From a virus, in the IMG/VR virus record IMGVR_UViG_3300044713_000119, positions 2,692 to 66,691 of that record: a DNA stretch of 64,000 nt, one strand, 5' to 3'. The notes beneath the pieces are model-generated. The model was not told where the DNA came from. It saw only the letters and a program-made list of their open reading frames with translations, and ran no database searches. This document shows positions 9,021-19,344 of this stretch, one piece after another. Positions within the stretch are counted from its first letter, which is position 1. Each line of letters opens with the position of its first letter. A program made the position numbers and the translations under genes.

Positions 9021-11471
9021 TTACTGTGCCGCTGGTTGCGCGGCTGGTGCCCCTGGAGGCGCACCTTGGCCCGGAGGTGGCATCCCACCAGGCGGCATTG
9101 CATTCTCTGCAGCAATCTCTTTCGTAAACTGCTTGGCCAGCGTGATGTAAAGAATCAAGTTCTGCCAGCCGTTCGGATTCTGCAATTTTTGCATGTAGTT
9201 CTTTTGCGCGTACCGGATGCAGGTTGGAATCGTCACACTCTCAAGGGTTGGCCCGTCGATGATTTTGTCAGGCTGAACGCTGGGGAATAGAATCGGCTGG
9301 CCGCTCGCTGGGTCTTGTCCGGGTGCCGGCTTTCCCTTCATCAACTGGACAATATCTTCGAGAACCTTTTCATGGGGCACAGCTTCCGGCAACTCCATGT
9401 CTGGAGGTCCGAGATAACCCATCACCAACCGGCGGTTTTCGAACGTGTCCAAAATCTCCATCACCAACGGGTTGGGTTCTTTGCCGCTCGCCATTCCCAG
9501 CAGTTCCTGCATCAGCGCACGTTGCTGGTCCCAATCGATCGGATAGTCCTGGTTCGCTTCTGGGCGGGCATCAGCTTCGCCGCGAAGGTCAGCCAACCGG
9601 ATAGGCTCGTTCGCAAACTCCGGTGCGTCATCAGACTTCGTAACGTGGTACTCATCATCGGTTGCGTTGTCGGCAAATATTTGTACAGAGAGATTCGCGC
9701 GCGTGGTCCACTCTTTCACCACAGCTTGAAAGTAGCCACCTTGGGCCGCCTGAGCGGTGTCTAGCGCCTGTTTCTGGCCTTTGGCGGTATCGACGCCTTT
9801 CTGCGCGCCGCCCCACATCTGGGGATTCACACCAACCAGCATTTGCACTAACTGAAGCAGTTCCTGCACCCACTGCGGAGCGCCGCTGTCCTGGTGGAAA
9901 GTTGGCTGGAACATGGCGTCTTCAAGCTTGAATCCGAGATCCTGATTGACTGGAAGCCCCATCAGCAGCCCGGGCGCGCAGTATTTCCCGTTCAAGCCTT
10001 CGCCTAAAATCCGCTGGTTGTAGAAGATTGGCGGCGTCCCACAGCGGTCTTGGTACTGATTGATCGAGTTGATGCGGTCGTTAATCGAGTCCTGAAAGTC
10101 GAGTGCTGGTTCAACTGGCGCCGGCGGATACGCTCCTGCATCTTCTTCGGCACCACACCACGTCCAAACCTTTCGCATGATCGATTCTTCAATGTCGATC
10201 ATATTATCGCCCTGGAAAACGCCTACACAGCCGTCTCCAATCACGTCCGCGAGCCGCTGTACGTCTTCCTTTTTCGCTTCGAGTGAGTAGATCGCATCCG
10301 GCTGGAACCAGACTCGGTGGTAGGTCAACTGGTCGGGTGCGCTGGTCAGCCCACGGCGGCTGCCTGGGGTGAGAGCACGGACTTGAGCAATGCGGCTAAT
10401 GTCGGCGTCGCGTGCCGAAGTGTCGCTGTCGGAGCTTTGAATCAGATCCCAAGCGTCGGGATACATCCTCCGGAACGCGCCTTTGGTGATCAGGCAGGAC
10501 AAGTCGCCAATCGGGGTATTGTTGATCACTCCACCAGTCTGAGCACTGGCTTGGGGCATGACTTCGAAGTTCAGTACGTTCCAAGCGTTCCAGCGTACTT
10601 GGCCGTTTGGAACCTCACGCTGGCCGGTGACTACCGGCATTTTGATCGTCTTCGCCGGGTAAAAATTGGCTGAACCGAGCGGAGCGCCGCATCCGACGCA
10701 CTTCACTCCACCTTGAATCGATTGCACGTTTGCCGGGGTGCTCTGACCGCAGTTCGGACAGACGTAGCGGTTCGGAAGCACCGGTTGGCCTGCCCATCCC
10801 ATAATCGGCTCGTAGTGGGTTCCAGTAAGGGCTTTATCCATCGACCAGTTGGATTGCACGAAGTACGAACCTGTCAGAAACAGGTAATCGAGACACAGTG
10901 CGAGAAAGCCTTTGTCTTGGTTGTCGCCGGCAATCTTCCGGTAGGCTCTCCCTCGGGCATGCGAGGCGCGGTTGTCGAGATCGCTTTCCGAGTCCCCTGG
11001 CCACCACTCAACCCGCGGAACGCCTGCGCCAAGATGGCTCGTCCAAACCCGCCGCAACCACTGGATGATGTTGGCTTTCTGCTGGTAAAGAACTGCTGCA
11101 CTGTCTGAAGCTTGCTGGTTCCCGGTGCCAAAGTCTTGATCGTCGTCAAGCGCGTCGTAGTAGCAGCAGGAAAACGGATCCCAGGAAATGTACTGGTTGC
11201 CTTTGTTGTACTCGATCGCGCGCAGAACCCTCATCAGTTTCATACGCCGCGCGAGCGCCCAGTCTTCGATCGATCGTGTCCAGATTTGCTTGAGGTTCGA
11301 TTTGTAGGTCTGGAACTGGCGTGGATCTTTCTCACCGCGCCGCGCAAAGAATGCTGCAATACGCTCGTCTGGAGAGCCAAACGCAGGCGTCCGCGGTGAA
11401 GGCGGAACTTGAGTAGAGTTCGGCTGCATGGGCTCTTGCTGGCCCATCGGAGGCTGTAAAGCAGTTGCCAT
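9021..11471 (-). CDS. Portal protein with zinc-ribbon insertion
   Basis: 816 aa; YNKGNQY...NIIQWLR...PRVEWWP portal N-terminal pattern; CPNCG...CVGCG insert; Pro/Gly/Gln-rich C-terminal tail; precedes scaffold and capsid. Confidence 0.8.
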   Translation of the reverse strand: MATALQPPMGQQEPMQPNSTQVPPSPRTPAFGSPDERIAAFFARRGEKDPRQFQTYKSNLKQIWTRSIEDWALARRMKLMRVLRAIEYNKGNQYISWDPFSCCYYDALDDDQDFGTGNQQASDSAAVLYQQKANIIQWLRRVWTSHLGAGVPRVEWWPGDSESDLDNRASHARGRAYRKIAGDNQDKGFLALCLDYLFLTGSYFVQSNWSMDKALTGTHYEPIMGWAGQPVLPNRYVCPNCGQSTPANVQSIQGGVKCVGCGAPLGSANFYPAKTIKMPVVTGQREVPNGQVRWNAWNVLNFEVMPQASAQTGGVINNTPIGDLSCLITKGAFRRMYPDAWDLIQSSDSDTSARDADISRIAQVRALTPGSRRGLTSAPDQLTYHRVWFQPDAIYSLEAKKEDVQRLADVIGDGCVGVFQGDNMIDIEESIMRKVWTWCGAEEDAGAYPPAPVEPALDFQDSINDRINSINQYQDRCGTPPIFYNQRILGEGLNGKYCAPGLLMGLPVNQDLGFKLEDAMFQPTFHQDSGAPQWVQELLQLVQMLVGVNPQMWGGAQKGVDTAKGQKQALDTAQAAQGGYFQAVVKEWTTRANLSVQIFADNATDDEYHVTKSDDAPEFANEPIRLADLRGEADARPEANQDYPIDWDQQRALMQELLGMASGKEPNPLVMEILDTFENRRLVMGYLGPPDMELPEAVPHEKVLEDIVQLMKGKPAPGQDPASGQPILFPSVQPDKIIDGPTLESVTIPTCIRYAQKNYMQKLQNPNGWQNLILYITLAKQFTKEIAAENAMPPGGMPPPGQGAPPGAPAAQPAAQ

Positions 11472-11480
11472 TTGAGAGTC

Positions 11481-11789
11481 TTAGCGTTTACGACGAAGTG
11501 CAGAGGCGAGCGGGTTTTCCGGTTCAGTTTCGTCGCCGTCAGGCTCATTCATACCATCGCCGTCGGCGCCTTCGTGCGCAGCCATCAGCGAGCTGATATG
11601 CTTCATCGCACCGTGGCGGCTGGTGGCAAGGTGTGGCATGGGTTGAGTCGGCATCGGCATGGCCATCTCGCCGCCGCCTTTCTTCCCGGCAGGCATGGGA
11701 GGTGGTTCATGTTCTGCATGGATAGCGTAGCCATTCTGGGCGGGCTCGATCCGAATGCTGCGAAGCTTTCCCTTCTTCACTTCTCCCAT
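11481..11789 (-). CDS. Small virion-associated protein
   Basis: Start at MGEVKKGKLRSIRIEPAQNGY with RBS GAAGGAGAG; ends ENPLASALRRKR. Confidence 0.6.
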   Translation of the reverse strand: MGEVKKGKLRSIRIEPAQNGYAIHAEHEPPPMPAGKKGGGEMAMPMPTQPMPHLATSRHGAMKHISSLMAAHEGADGDGMNEPDGDETEPENPLASALRRKR

Positions 11790-11806
11790 AAATTTCTCTC
11801 CTTCTT

Positions 11807-12256
11807 TCAACTGAGTGCCTGCTTGAGTTCTTCTGCGGCCGCATCGCGGGCCTTGAGTTCTTCGTCTGTTGGCTGTGTGCCAGGCCGCGAAGCCACGGGC
11901 TTGGGCATGGCGAGAATCGTGCGATTGAAATTGGTGACGTTCTCGCGCGTGACTTCTGCGGCAATCACACGAGGATTCCGGCTGCCAGTCTTTTTGGCTG
12001 CGCGCTGCCATGGCGTAAGTGAACTATCGTCAATCTCCTCGACCTTGGGAGGTGCCGTGACCTGTGCTGGCGCATTCCTTACCCACTCTGGCCTTACTTC
12101 CATGTCGGGATAAAGTGGTAGACCACTCGAGCGAAACGCAATCTGGTTGTGGAGTTGCTTGATCTCCAGTTCCATCGAAGCCATGCGCATCCTGGCGTCA
12201 GAAAGTGCCTGCTGCGCGTCCAGTAGGCGTGCGCGCGATACCCACGGCCAATTCAT
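11807..12256 (-). CDS. Hypothetical protein (N-terminal coiled coil)
   Basis: 149 aa; start overlaps the upstream stop. Confidence 0.6.
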   Translation of the reverse strand: MNWPWVSRARLLDAQQALSDARMRMASMELEIKQLHNQIAFRSSGLPLYPDMEVRPEWVRNAPAQVTAPPKVEEIDDSSLTPWQRAAKKTGSRNPRVIAAEVTRENVTNFNRTILAMPKPVASRPGTQPTDEELKARDAAAEELKQALS

Positions 12257-13794
12257 TAGTTGACCCCGATCTTTCCACCTGCGCCGAGACCTGGACCCAT
12301 GGTGGGACCTGGCTTTACTGTTACTCCGCCAATCAGCGGATGAGGGTAGGTGTACGGCGTGTAATTATTCGTGTAGATTCCGCAAGTACTCGGCTCCGTC
12401 GCACCTTGACAGTAATCAATCGCCCCATTCAATGCTCCGCTAACCGAGTGCGCCGTGCCCTTGATGTAATTCGCCATTGTTCGTGTAGGCGTACAAGTAT
12501 TCCCGCCTTGCGGCCCGTCCACGTTGACTGTCACCGAGTTGGTGCAACTGCCTCCGGTTGAGCAGCCCGCTTGCGACCCGTTATTCCAGAGCAGTAAGGG
12601 AATGCTGTTTATGGTCGAGCGCGTGCAACTACCTGCCGCGCATCCCGTGCCGATCTGTCCCGCACAGGGCCAGCCGGGGGCACTCGCGTCTCCCGCATTT
12701 CCATCGACGGCCTGACTGCCATCACAGGAAAGCATTGTCTGGTTGTTGCACTCGTATCCATAGCCACGGGTCTCGTCAACGTGGACGGTTTTATCGCCGT
12801 AGCCTTGAATTGTGTTATTGAATATGACACCCGTTCCCGAGCCGAACCGCATCGGGTAATCACCGCCCGGACTCCCATCGGTATCATCGTAAGAGTTGTT
12901 ATAGATTTCGTACTTGTGACCCTCGACTTCGCCGTTGTAGCAGAAACCTCCACCACCTCCACGTGTCCAGTGTCCGTAATGATACGTGGGGCCAGATACT
13001 GTGTTGTAGCGAAACACCATATGCTGACCGCCAGATTCCGCATCAGATACTGCTGCATTCTCAGCGGAGCCGGTATAAGTAAAGGTTGAGGTTTCTACAT
13101 AAAGAGCATTTTCCGTGCCCAAGCCGATAGCAGGCGTGCGCCAAGCATATTCACCTTCGTAGACAGTCGTGTTGCCCGGACTAGTCACGCATTCTGAATT
13201 AAGAAACTCGGCCTGTTCGAGAAAATTTCCGCCTTGCCATGTGACATTCCAGTGATCGAGGACGCCCCAGACTGGGCCATACTGGATCACGATATTCCCG
13301 CTAGAAGTGTAGTTGGCGGTGATGTGATCAACGCGAAAGAATCCCGCAAAGGAAGTCAGGTTGGGATTGCTGTTGTTGATATTGAGCAAGTCTCCGGTCG
13401 TGCTGCCAGTGAAAGTGAAGTTGGAAATTCTCCACGCTGCCGCCGTCGCTCCGGTATTCGACACGTTCACATCAAAAGCGTCGTTGGAAGTGTGAGTGAT
13501 GGTCGTTGTTCCGCCGACCGACCCTAGGACTTCCACATTCTTGTTCGTCCACGACACTGGGCTACTCCATGAGCAGGAGCCGGACGGAACGTAGACCGCA
13601 TCCCCGCCGAAAGCGTTGGGCGTGGTGACGCCGGTAGACCCTGTCCCCGATGCGGTGATGCAGGCTTGAACATCAGTTTGCCCGCAACTCGCAGCTAAGC
13701 GGCACGTCCCTGTCTCGCCATTGGTGCAACTGGTTACAGTACAGGCGGCGTGGGCCGAGACGCACAGTGCGAGTAGGATTAACCAGCGTTTCAT
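12256..13794 (-). CDS. Signal-peptide-bearing beta-helix (pectate-lyase-like) depolymerase / tailspike
   Basis: MKRWLILLALCVSAHA signal peptide; GDAVYVPSG, VFRYNT, YEIYNNS, GTGVIFNNT beta-helix rungs; YTPYTYPHPL C-terminal motif; Cys-rich. Confidence 0.7.
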   Translation of the reverse strand: MKRWLILLALCVSAHAACTVTSCTNGETGTCRLAASCGQTDVQACITASGTGSTGVTTPNAFGGDAVYVPSGSCSWSSPVSWTNKNVEVLGSVGGTTTITHTSNDAFDVNVSNTGATAAAWRISNFTFTGSTTGDLLNINNSNPNLTSFAGFFRVDHITANYTSSGNIVIQYGPVWGVLDHWNVTWQGGNFLEQAEFLNSECVTSPGNTTVYEGEYAWRTPAIGLGTENALYVETSTFTYTGSAENAAVSDAESGGQHMVFRYNTVSGPTYHYGHWTRGGGGGFCYNGEVEGHKYEIYNNSYDDTDGSPGGDYPMRFGSGTGVIFNNTIQGYGDKTVHVDETRGYGYECNNQTMLSCDGSQAVDGNAGDASAPGWPCAGQIGTGCAAGSCTRSTINSIPLLLWNNGSQAGCSTGGSCTNSVTVNVDGPQGGNTCTPTRTMANYIKGTAHSVSGALNGAIDYCQGATEPSTCGIYTNNYTPYTYPHPLIGGVTVKPGPTMGPGLGAGGKIGVN

Positions 13795-14552
13795 TTGAAC
13801 GTCCCGCAAAGAATCGCCGCTGCTGGCGTCGATGAACTGTAGGTAATCGGACAGTTCTGCGAACCGGAGGAAGATAAGACTTGGTACTCAGCCTCACTCT
13901 TGAAACTACTCGACGACCCAACGATACCCCCAATGAGCGTAAAACTACTCCCCGCCGTAAAGGTGAAGTTGCCCGTGATGGAGCCTAACCCAAACGCTAA
14001 ATCCGCTGAGCCCGTAGGATTGATCGTTGCCGTAACCGATGTTGACCCGGAGCCGACGGTCGCGTGCCCCGGTGTTCCGTCCACTGCTCCGGTTCCACCT
14101 GTGTAAGTGATGCAGTCAATAATTGGTTGATTCTGCGTGGCCCCGGTGACGCTGAAGGTCGAGGTTGATGGCGAGTGAGTAATGGAGAACGAAGTAAATA
14201 ACTGATAGTTGCCTGTTGTGTTCGTGTTGTCGAGATAATTGCTGCCGTCTGCGGTATAAGTGTTCGGCGTGCTTGCGTTGTCCGTGACGCTAAACGGTGT
14301 GTCCCCGCCATCATTGAAATTACCTACTGCACACACGATATTTTCGCCCACACTAGGATTTACGCTCCAAGTGCAAGTCGGATTACTGAAGGTGTTTTGA
14401 CCTACGCATGTCTTTCCAGTGACGGTGATTCCTGACGCCGCTGTGCCGGGAAATACCGTGGTTTTAGGCAGGATTGTGGTCTTGGGTAGAACAGTCGCAC
14501 CCTGTCCGAAGGCGAGAGAGCAGAGAAGCGGAATCCAAAGGAGGCGTCTCAT
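13791..14552 (-). CDS. Signal-peptide-bearing Ser/Thr/Gly-rich beta-sandwich virion/adhesin protein
   Basis: MRRLLWIPLLCSLAFG-Q signal peptide; SVTDN..N.Y.. repeats typical of phage tail beta-sandwich domains. Confidence 0.65.
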   Translation of the reverse strand: MRRLLWIPLLCSLAFGQGATVLPKTTILPKTTVFPGTAASGITVTGKTCVGQNTFSNPTCTWSVNPSVGENIVCAVGNFNDGGDTPFSVTDNASTPNTYTADGSNYLDNTNTTGNYQLFTSFSITHSPSTSTFSVTGATQNQPIIDCITYTGGTGAVDGTPGHATVGSGSTSVTATINPTGSADLAFGLGSITGNFTFTAGSSFTLIGGIVGSSSSFKSEAEYQVLSSSGSQNCPITYSSSTPAAAILCGTFK

Positions 14553-17500
14553 TAGAACGGCCCTACTGTGCAATACGCCCCGCGATAAATAGTGAGCAAG
14601 TCGCCGACGGTTGGATCGATTACCTGAAGACTGACGACCGTTCCAGAAGCCGATGCGCCTTCAATCCAGGCGTCAATGTCATATGGCATCTTGGTAGCCG
14701 TAGCGCCCTGTGTCCAGGTTCCGCCGATGGTGATTGAGGAAGTCGTTGAAGCCGTATCCGTGGTTGATCCGCCAGCCGCAACCGCCGCCGCCGTAAAACC
14801 GCTATAAGATGCGGTGACATTGGTCGCGCCGTTGGTCGCCGTGATCATGGCCCAGTTATTCGCTGGCGTGGCTGTGGTATCGGTGACAATAACGTGGCAA
14901 TGGAAATGCCACGACTGTGCGCTCAGAGGCAGAGTAAGAGTAAGCGGCGTTCCGGTTGAGCCAACAATGGTCGCTGAGGTACATGAGGATACCGTGCCGC
15001 CCGTTCCGCAAGTCCAGTCCGCCGTCATAAAGACGCGGTTCGATGCGAAGTTGACAAACTCTGACGAGGTAACAAGTACGTTGTCCGTGATTGAGGACGC
15101 GGCAATCTTAGAGGTCGTGCCGGAAGCCTTTGGGATTACGTTAGCGCCGATGATGGACGCCTCGCCGACCGCGCATCCGAGGTTTACGGTCTGGTCGATG
15201 ATATCTACGCAATGCAGGGTCGAGTCGTTATATTCTCCGTACTGAGTTGAGGTTCCAGTAAACGCCGTGCCCTCCGTGGCTGCCCAACCGCCCGAGCTAC
15301 CGTTAGTAAGAGCCGCCCCGAATGCCCCGAAGTACCCTTCTCCGAGGTAGTCCACGCCGAAGATTTGGCCGCCGCCGTTGATATGCGCATCAATCAGGTT
15401 TCCTGCGAATCCGTTCGGGCTGTTGATTCCAAACTCTGTGCCAGCAGTCGAGAGCGTAGTCGGGCCAGTGCCGTCGTTGATATAAACCAGCGGGAAGTTA
15501 GTGGTTGCCGAGCCAGCTGTGTATGGCGCTCCGGTCGCGTAAAGAGACGCCTGAGACGCTGTGCCCCCGTAGGACGTAAAGAGGGGCTCGGAAGTGGTAA
15601 CAGTCGTTCCGTTGTCAGTGATGGTGCTATTTGCCACCAGCATATTACCGCTTGCGATGACGGCCTTTGGGAGCACGTTGGTCGTCAAGGCAGCCGCACT
15701 GTTTAGGAAAAGCGAATCAGCCCCGTTCACGTAACCGTGGTAGTTATTGTTGGTTGAATCGAAATCAATCGTGCCGGCAGCAGTAGCCGTGTTTCCTGCG
15801 GCCACTGGCACCTTCAGTCCAGCGGTGCTGGTAATCGCAGAGAAATCCACCAGCCCGGAGGCACCGCCGGTCAGTGTGTGGGTAACATAAGTGAAATCGC
15901 CGTTGCCTGTAGCTGGGGCTGTGCCAGCGCCTCCGCCTACAACCAAGGCATGTGCAGCCAACAGAGCCGATGACGACTCCTGTGTTGTTGAACTGAAGTA
16001 TGGAATCCCACCAGAAACCACCGTCCCTGATACCACTAATGGGAACGATCCCCCAGGCGCGGTCCCGAGGACGGCAGTATTCATTTTGATCAGCGGCAAC
16101 GTGGTCGACGCCGTAAAGGTTGTACCATCTGGCAGCGTCCATGCCCCTGCAACTGCGGCTACGACGCCAACCGTTGCACCTTGCGCGCTGGTGCAAGTCG
16201 CTGTTCCAGCGCTATCGGTGATCTGACCGGCCGTACCGCCTGCGCAAACCGTGTGCCCGAGCGTAACCGCCCCCGAGGCATTGATGGGTACGAGACTCGG
16301 AGGGGAAACGACGACGTTGTAGTTTGATCCAACAGTCTCAATGACGCCGACCCATGACGATGGCGACGCGCCACAGTTCTTTGTGGTCATGGCGGCCGAG
16401 AAGCATGCCAGATCCCATTGCGTCGACGTAGAAGCCGTCACATAGACATCGCCCCACAGAACTAGACCCTGAAGCCCTTGGGTTGCCCCGGTGCTGGCAC
16501 CAGCCAACAATTCCACACCGCCACCTTGGCTCGCCGCGTTGGTGGCGGCGTTGGTTCCGCCTTCGACTAATGCGCCGCCGCCTTGAGAACTAGCTCCACC
16601 CGCGCCGGTTTCATTGGCGCCCTGCAAGATAGCGGCTCCAAGCGCAGAGTTGGCACTGGCATTCGCGCCACCGCCGTAGGTAACAGCCTGAGTGCTAGTG
16701 ACGTCGCTGATTGCGCTACTGCTTTCAAGAAGAGCCGAGTTGACGGTGTTGCCGTTCGAATCAAATTTGGTGATGCGGTTGGTGTTGACGGTTCCGGTCG
16801 AGAGTTGCAGATTCGCGCCGTTGCCCTGCTCCCCGCTTACTCCCGAAATAGCAATCAAACCACCAGAGCTGATAGTTACCGGACTAGTCGCGCTCAACGC
16901 TCCGCCGCTCGTCGTCGTCGCACAGGTCGGACACGACAAGGTGTTGGTGCTGACACTCAACGGAGAACTGATCGTCGCCGTGAGATCGCTCAACGCTGGG
17001 CGGGTGGCCGTAAAGACCCCAGATGTTCCGACAGAAGCCAGCCACTCATGAGAACCGCCAGCATTCGCGACAACGGTTGTTCCAACCGTGCCAGCGCTCC
17101 CTTCGTCATGCAGCCGGTTATCGGTCGAATCTACCCAAACGTTCTGTGTTCCTGAGGCCGGCGTGCTCGGCGCTGTAATCGCCGGGAATGTCATCCCGTT
17201 AAAGGCTGGGACGGTAGCAGATCCTGTGGCGAGGCCAGCGGCAATGATTGAGCCGGTAATATCGCCCGCTGTTCCGTTACCGACATCGACTACGCCGGCC
17301 GACCCGCGCGAAAGACCTGTGTCCGCAGTACCAGAACCGTTGGTCCACTGAATCGAGCCGGAGAGAAACTGATTCCGCCAGCGGAGACCAAGGCTGCCAA
17401 GATCGATCGATGCATCAGCACCAGGAGTCAGCGAGGCATTTACGGCGACAGCAGAGAGGTTCGACAGAGCGGTGTTCGCGCCGCCGGCGCCAGAGTTTAA

Positions 17501-18946
17501 CTGCTGAGTCCACGTGTTTGTGGAGGTGCAGTAGTACATGTTCTGTCCCGCGGTAGCATCCGTCGCGAAGTATTCTTCACCTTGAGTACAAGTAGCAGGG
17601 ATGCTGGCCGCCCCGCCCTTTAGGGCCGGTTGCGTGTGGGTTGCACCGCCAAAGTTTACGACGCCCGTTCCAGTGACACCGACAAAGACGCCATTGCCAC
17701 TGCCGTCGACCGTGGAGTTCGTGCTTCCGAGTTCGAGTTTGCCCGTACCCTTAGGCAGCAGTTCAAGGTTGATGTTTGAGTCACTTCCGGTTCCGGCAAT
17801 CTGGACCGTGGCTGGATTCGCGGTGGCGGCGTTTGTCACCGTTACGCTGTCGACCGCCGAAGCGGTTGCGCTCGAGAGTAAGAACGGATTCCCATTGCCA
17901 TCGTTGATGGTAGTGATATTCGGGCTGGTGAGCGTCTTCCCGCTCATCGTCTGCGTGCCCGTAAGGTTTACAAGGGTATCCGAGCCAGTGGGAATCTTTA
18001 CCGTCCCTGAGATCGCTCCGGTGACTGGCTCAAGTGTCAGAGTGCCGCTGGTTGCGTTACCAAAGGTCAGAGAACCAAGAGTGCCGGAAGCGCCAAGGGT
18101 AGGAGTCGCCGTGAAGGCGGGTGTCGCTCCTGCGAGCACCTGGCCCGCTGCGCCGGTGATTGAGATCGTACCTGTGGTGGTAATGGGTCCACCGGCAAGC
18201 GGAGCCGAGACAGCTACGGAGGTTACGGTACCAGACCCACCCCCAGAGGACTGCTGGGTAAACGTATTCGTCGCAGTGCAGTAGTAGAGGTTTTGCCCTG
18301 CTGTGGCGCTTGTCGAGAAGTATAGTTCGCCAACCGCACAGGTAGCAGGGATGCTGCCGATCGCTCCGGTAACTACCGGAAGGCTATGGGTAACCCCGGA
18401 CCAATCTTGTGTTCCGGTGGTCCAGGCATTCGACTGATCTTTGAAGACTGCACTGCTGATAATGCGATTTTTGGCAAGCGTGCCCGTCCAACCAAGTGTC
18501 AAGGCGTTCGAAGAGATGGAACCGGTCACGTTCGTATCGTTGACGACAGATGTGGGCACCGAGGTACCAAGGATGCCGCTGTCGGTTGGCTGGCCAGATC
18601 CATTCCAGCCAGCAAGATCGCCGTTGGTGGTCGGAGAGATCAGTTTTAACGTGGCGCTGTGGAAGTCCCAAGTGTTACCGCTTGCTGTAAACGTCCCAGC
18701 GTTCGAGTTCGTCGCCGCCGTGATACCGCTCCAAGCAGTCGCTCCGGTCGCACTCGCGGTCATGGTTACCACGCCGCCAGAGAACGTGCAGGTCAAGTTC
18801 GTGGAGCAGTTGATGGGCAGCCAGGTATTGAACGTGCCGATGGGCGTGCCAGCGCTTTGAACCTGTACAGTCAGTCCACCATGGCTTTGAGCGAACAATG
18901 GAGCGATTAGGCAGAACAAGACGATGGCAATACGTAAACGTTTCAT
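14552..18946 (-). CDS. Long tail fibre / adhesin with signal peptide
   Basis: 1464 aa, Gly/Thr/Ser/Ala-rich; MKRLRIAIVLFCLIAPLFA-Q; fibre motifs GTVTSV, GTQTMSGKTLTSP, ANTALSNL; duplicated PATC..GE.YF..A.AGQN.YYCT module. Confidence 0.75.
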   Translation of the reverse strand: MKRLRIAIVLFCLIAPLFAQSHGGLTVQVQSAGTPIGTFNTWLPINCSTNLTCTFSGGVVTMTASATGATAWSGITAATNSNAGTFTASGNTWDFHSATLKLISPTTNGDLAGWNGSGQPTDSGILGTSVPTSVVNDTNVTGSISSNALTLGWTGTLAKNRIISSAVFKDQSNAWTTGTQDWSGVTHSLPVVTGAIGSIPATCAVGELYFSTSATAGQNLYYCTATNTFTQQSSGGGSGTVTSVAVSAPLAGGPITTTGTISITGAAGQVLAGATPAFTATPTLGASGTLGSLTFGNATSGTLTLEPVTGAISGTVKIPTGSDTLVNLTGTQTMSGKTLTSPNITTINDGNGNPFLLSSATASAVDSVTVTNAATANPATVQIAGTGSDSNINLELLPKGTGKLELGSTNSTVDGSGNGVFVGVTGTGVVNFGGATHTQPALKGGAASIPATCTQGEEYFATDATAGQNMYYCTSTNTWTQQLNSGAGGANTALSNLSAVAVNASLTPGADASIDLGSLGLRWRNQFLSGSIQWTNGSGTADTGLSRGSAGVVDVGNGTAGDITGSIIAAGLATGSATVPAFNGMTFPAITAPSTPASGTQNVWVDSTDNRLHDEGSAGTVGTTVVANAGGSHEWLASVGTSGVFTATRPALSDLTATISSPLSVSTNTLSCPTCATTTSGGALSATSPVTISSGGLIAISGVSGEQGNGANLQLSTGTVNTNRITKFDSNGNTVNSALLESSSAISDVTSTQAVTYGGGANASANSALGAAILQGANETGAGGASSQGGGALVEGGTNAATNAASQGGGVELLAGASTGATQGLQGLVLWGDVYVTASTSTQWDLACFSAAMTTKNCGASPSSWVGVIETVGSNYNVVVSPPSLVPINASGAVTLGHTVCAGGTAGQITDSAGTATCTSAQGATVGVVAAVAGAWTLPDGTTFTASTTLPLIKMNTAVLGTAPGGSFPLVVSGTVVSGGIPYFSSTTQESSSALLAAHALVVGGGAGTAPATGNGDFTYVTHTLTGGASGLVDFSAITSTAGLKVPVAAGNTATAAGTIDFDSTNNNYHGYVNGADSLFLNSAAALTTNVLPKAVIASGNMLVANSTITDNGTTVTTSEPLFTSYGGTASQASLYATGAPYTAGSATTNFPLVYINDGTGPTTLSTAGTEFGINSPNGFAGNLIDAHINGGGQIFGVDYLGEGYFGAFGAALTNGSSGGWAATEGTAFTGTSTQYGEYNDSTLHCVDIIDQTVNLGCAVGEASIIGANVIPKASGTTSKIAASSITDNVLVTSSEFVNFASNRVFMTADWTCGTGGTVSSCTSATIVGSTGTPLTLTLPLSAQSWHFHCHVIVTDTTATPANNWAMITATNGATNVTASYSGFTAAAVAAGGSTTDTASTTSSITIGGTWTQGATATKMPYDIDAWIEGASASGTVVSLQVIDPTVGDLLTIYRGAYCTVGPF

Positions 18947-19344
18947 TGGGCGGAAACGACCTCCAGCGTCAAGTTGTAAGTAGCTCCGCGGTAGAGCACT
19001 GGAACATAGACCGTTGCGTCCATTTCACCGTCGTTTGGAGCTAGAACCCCAAAGGCTTCGTGGGTAAAGCCGTTCTTGTCCTCAAAGCCATCGTAAAGAT
19101 CGTCAAACTCAACCTCTTGGTCACCAACAAAATAAGAGGCTGCGCCGCCACAGCGCCACGGAAATACTGGTTTACAGGTCAAGTGAATCGTTACCCAGTC
19201 GCCATGGTGGACATCGATGGTCTGCTCGCTGGTGTCGGTTGTGGTCCACTGAATAACGGTGCTGATGTCGGCGCGAGGCACTTCCTGGGCAGCAAGAGAG
19301 AAGGCAAATAAGAGACTCGCAACAAACGTGACTAACTGTGCCAT
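18943..19344 (-). CDS. Small secreted beta protein
   Basis: MAQLVTFVASLLFAFSLAA-Q signal peptide. Confidence 0.6.
   Translation of the reverse strand: MAQLVTFVASLLFAFSLAAQEVPRADISTVIQWTTTDTSEQTIDVHHGDWVTIHLTCKPVFPWRCGGAASYFVGDQEVEFDDLYDGFEDKNGFTHEAFGVLAPNDGEMDATVYVPVLYRGATYNLTLEVVSAQ

Noticed and set aside
11472-12113. 213-aa plus-strand ORF
   Set aside because: Antisense to two coupled late genes; shadow ORF in GC-rich DNA
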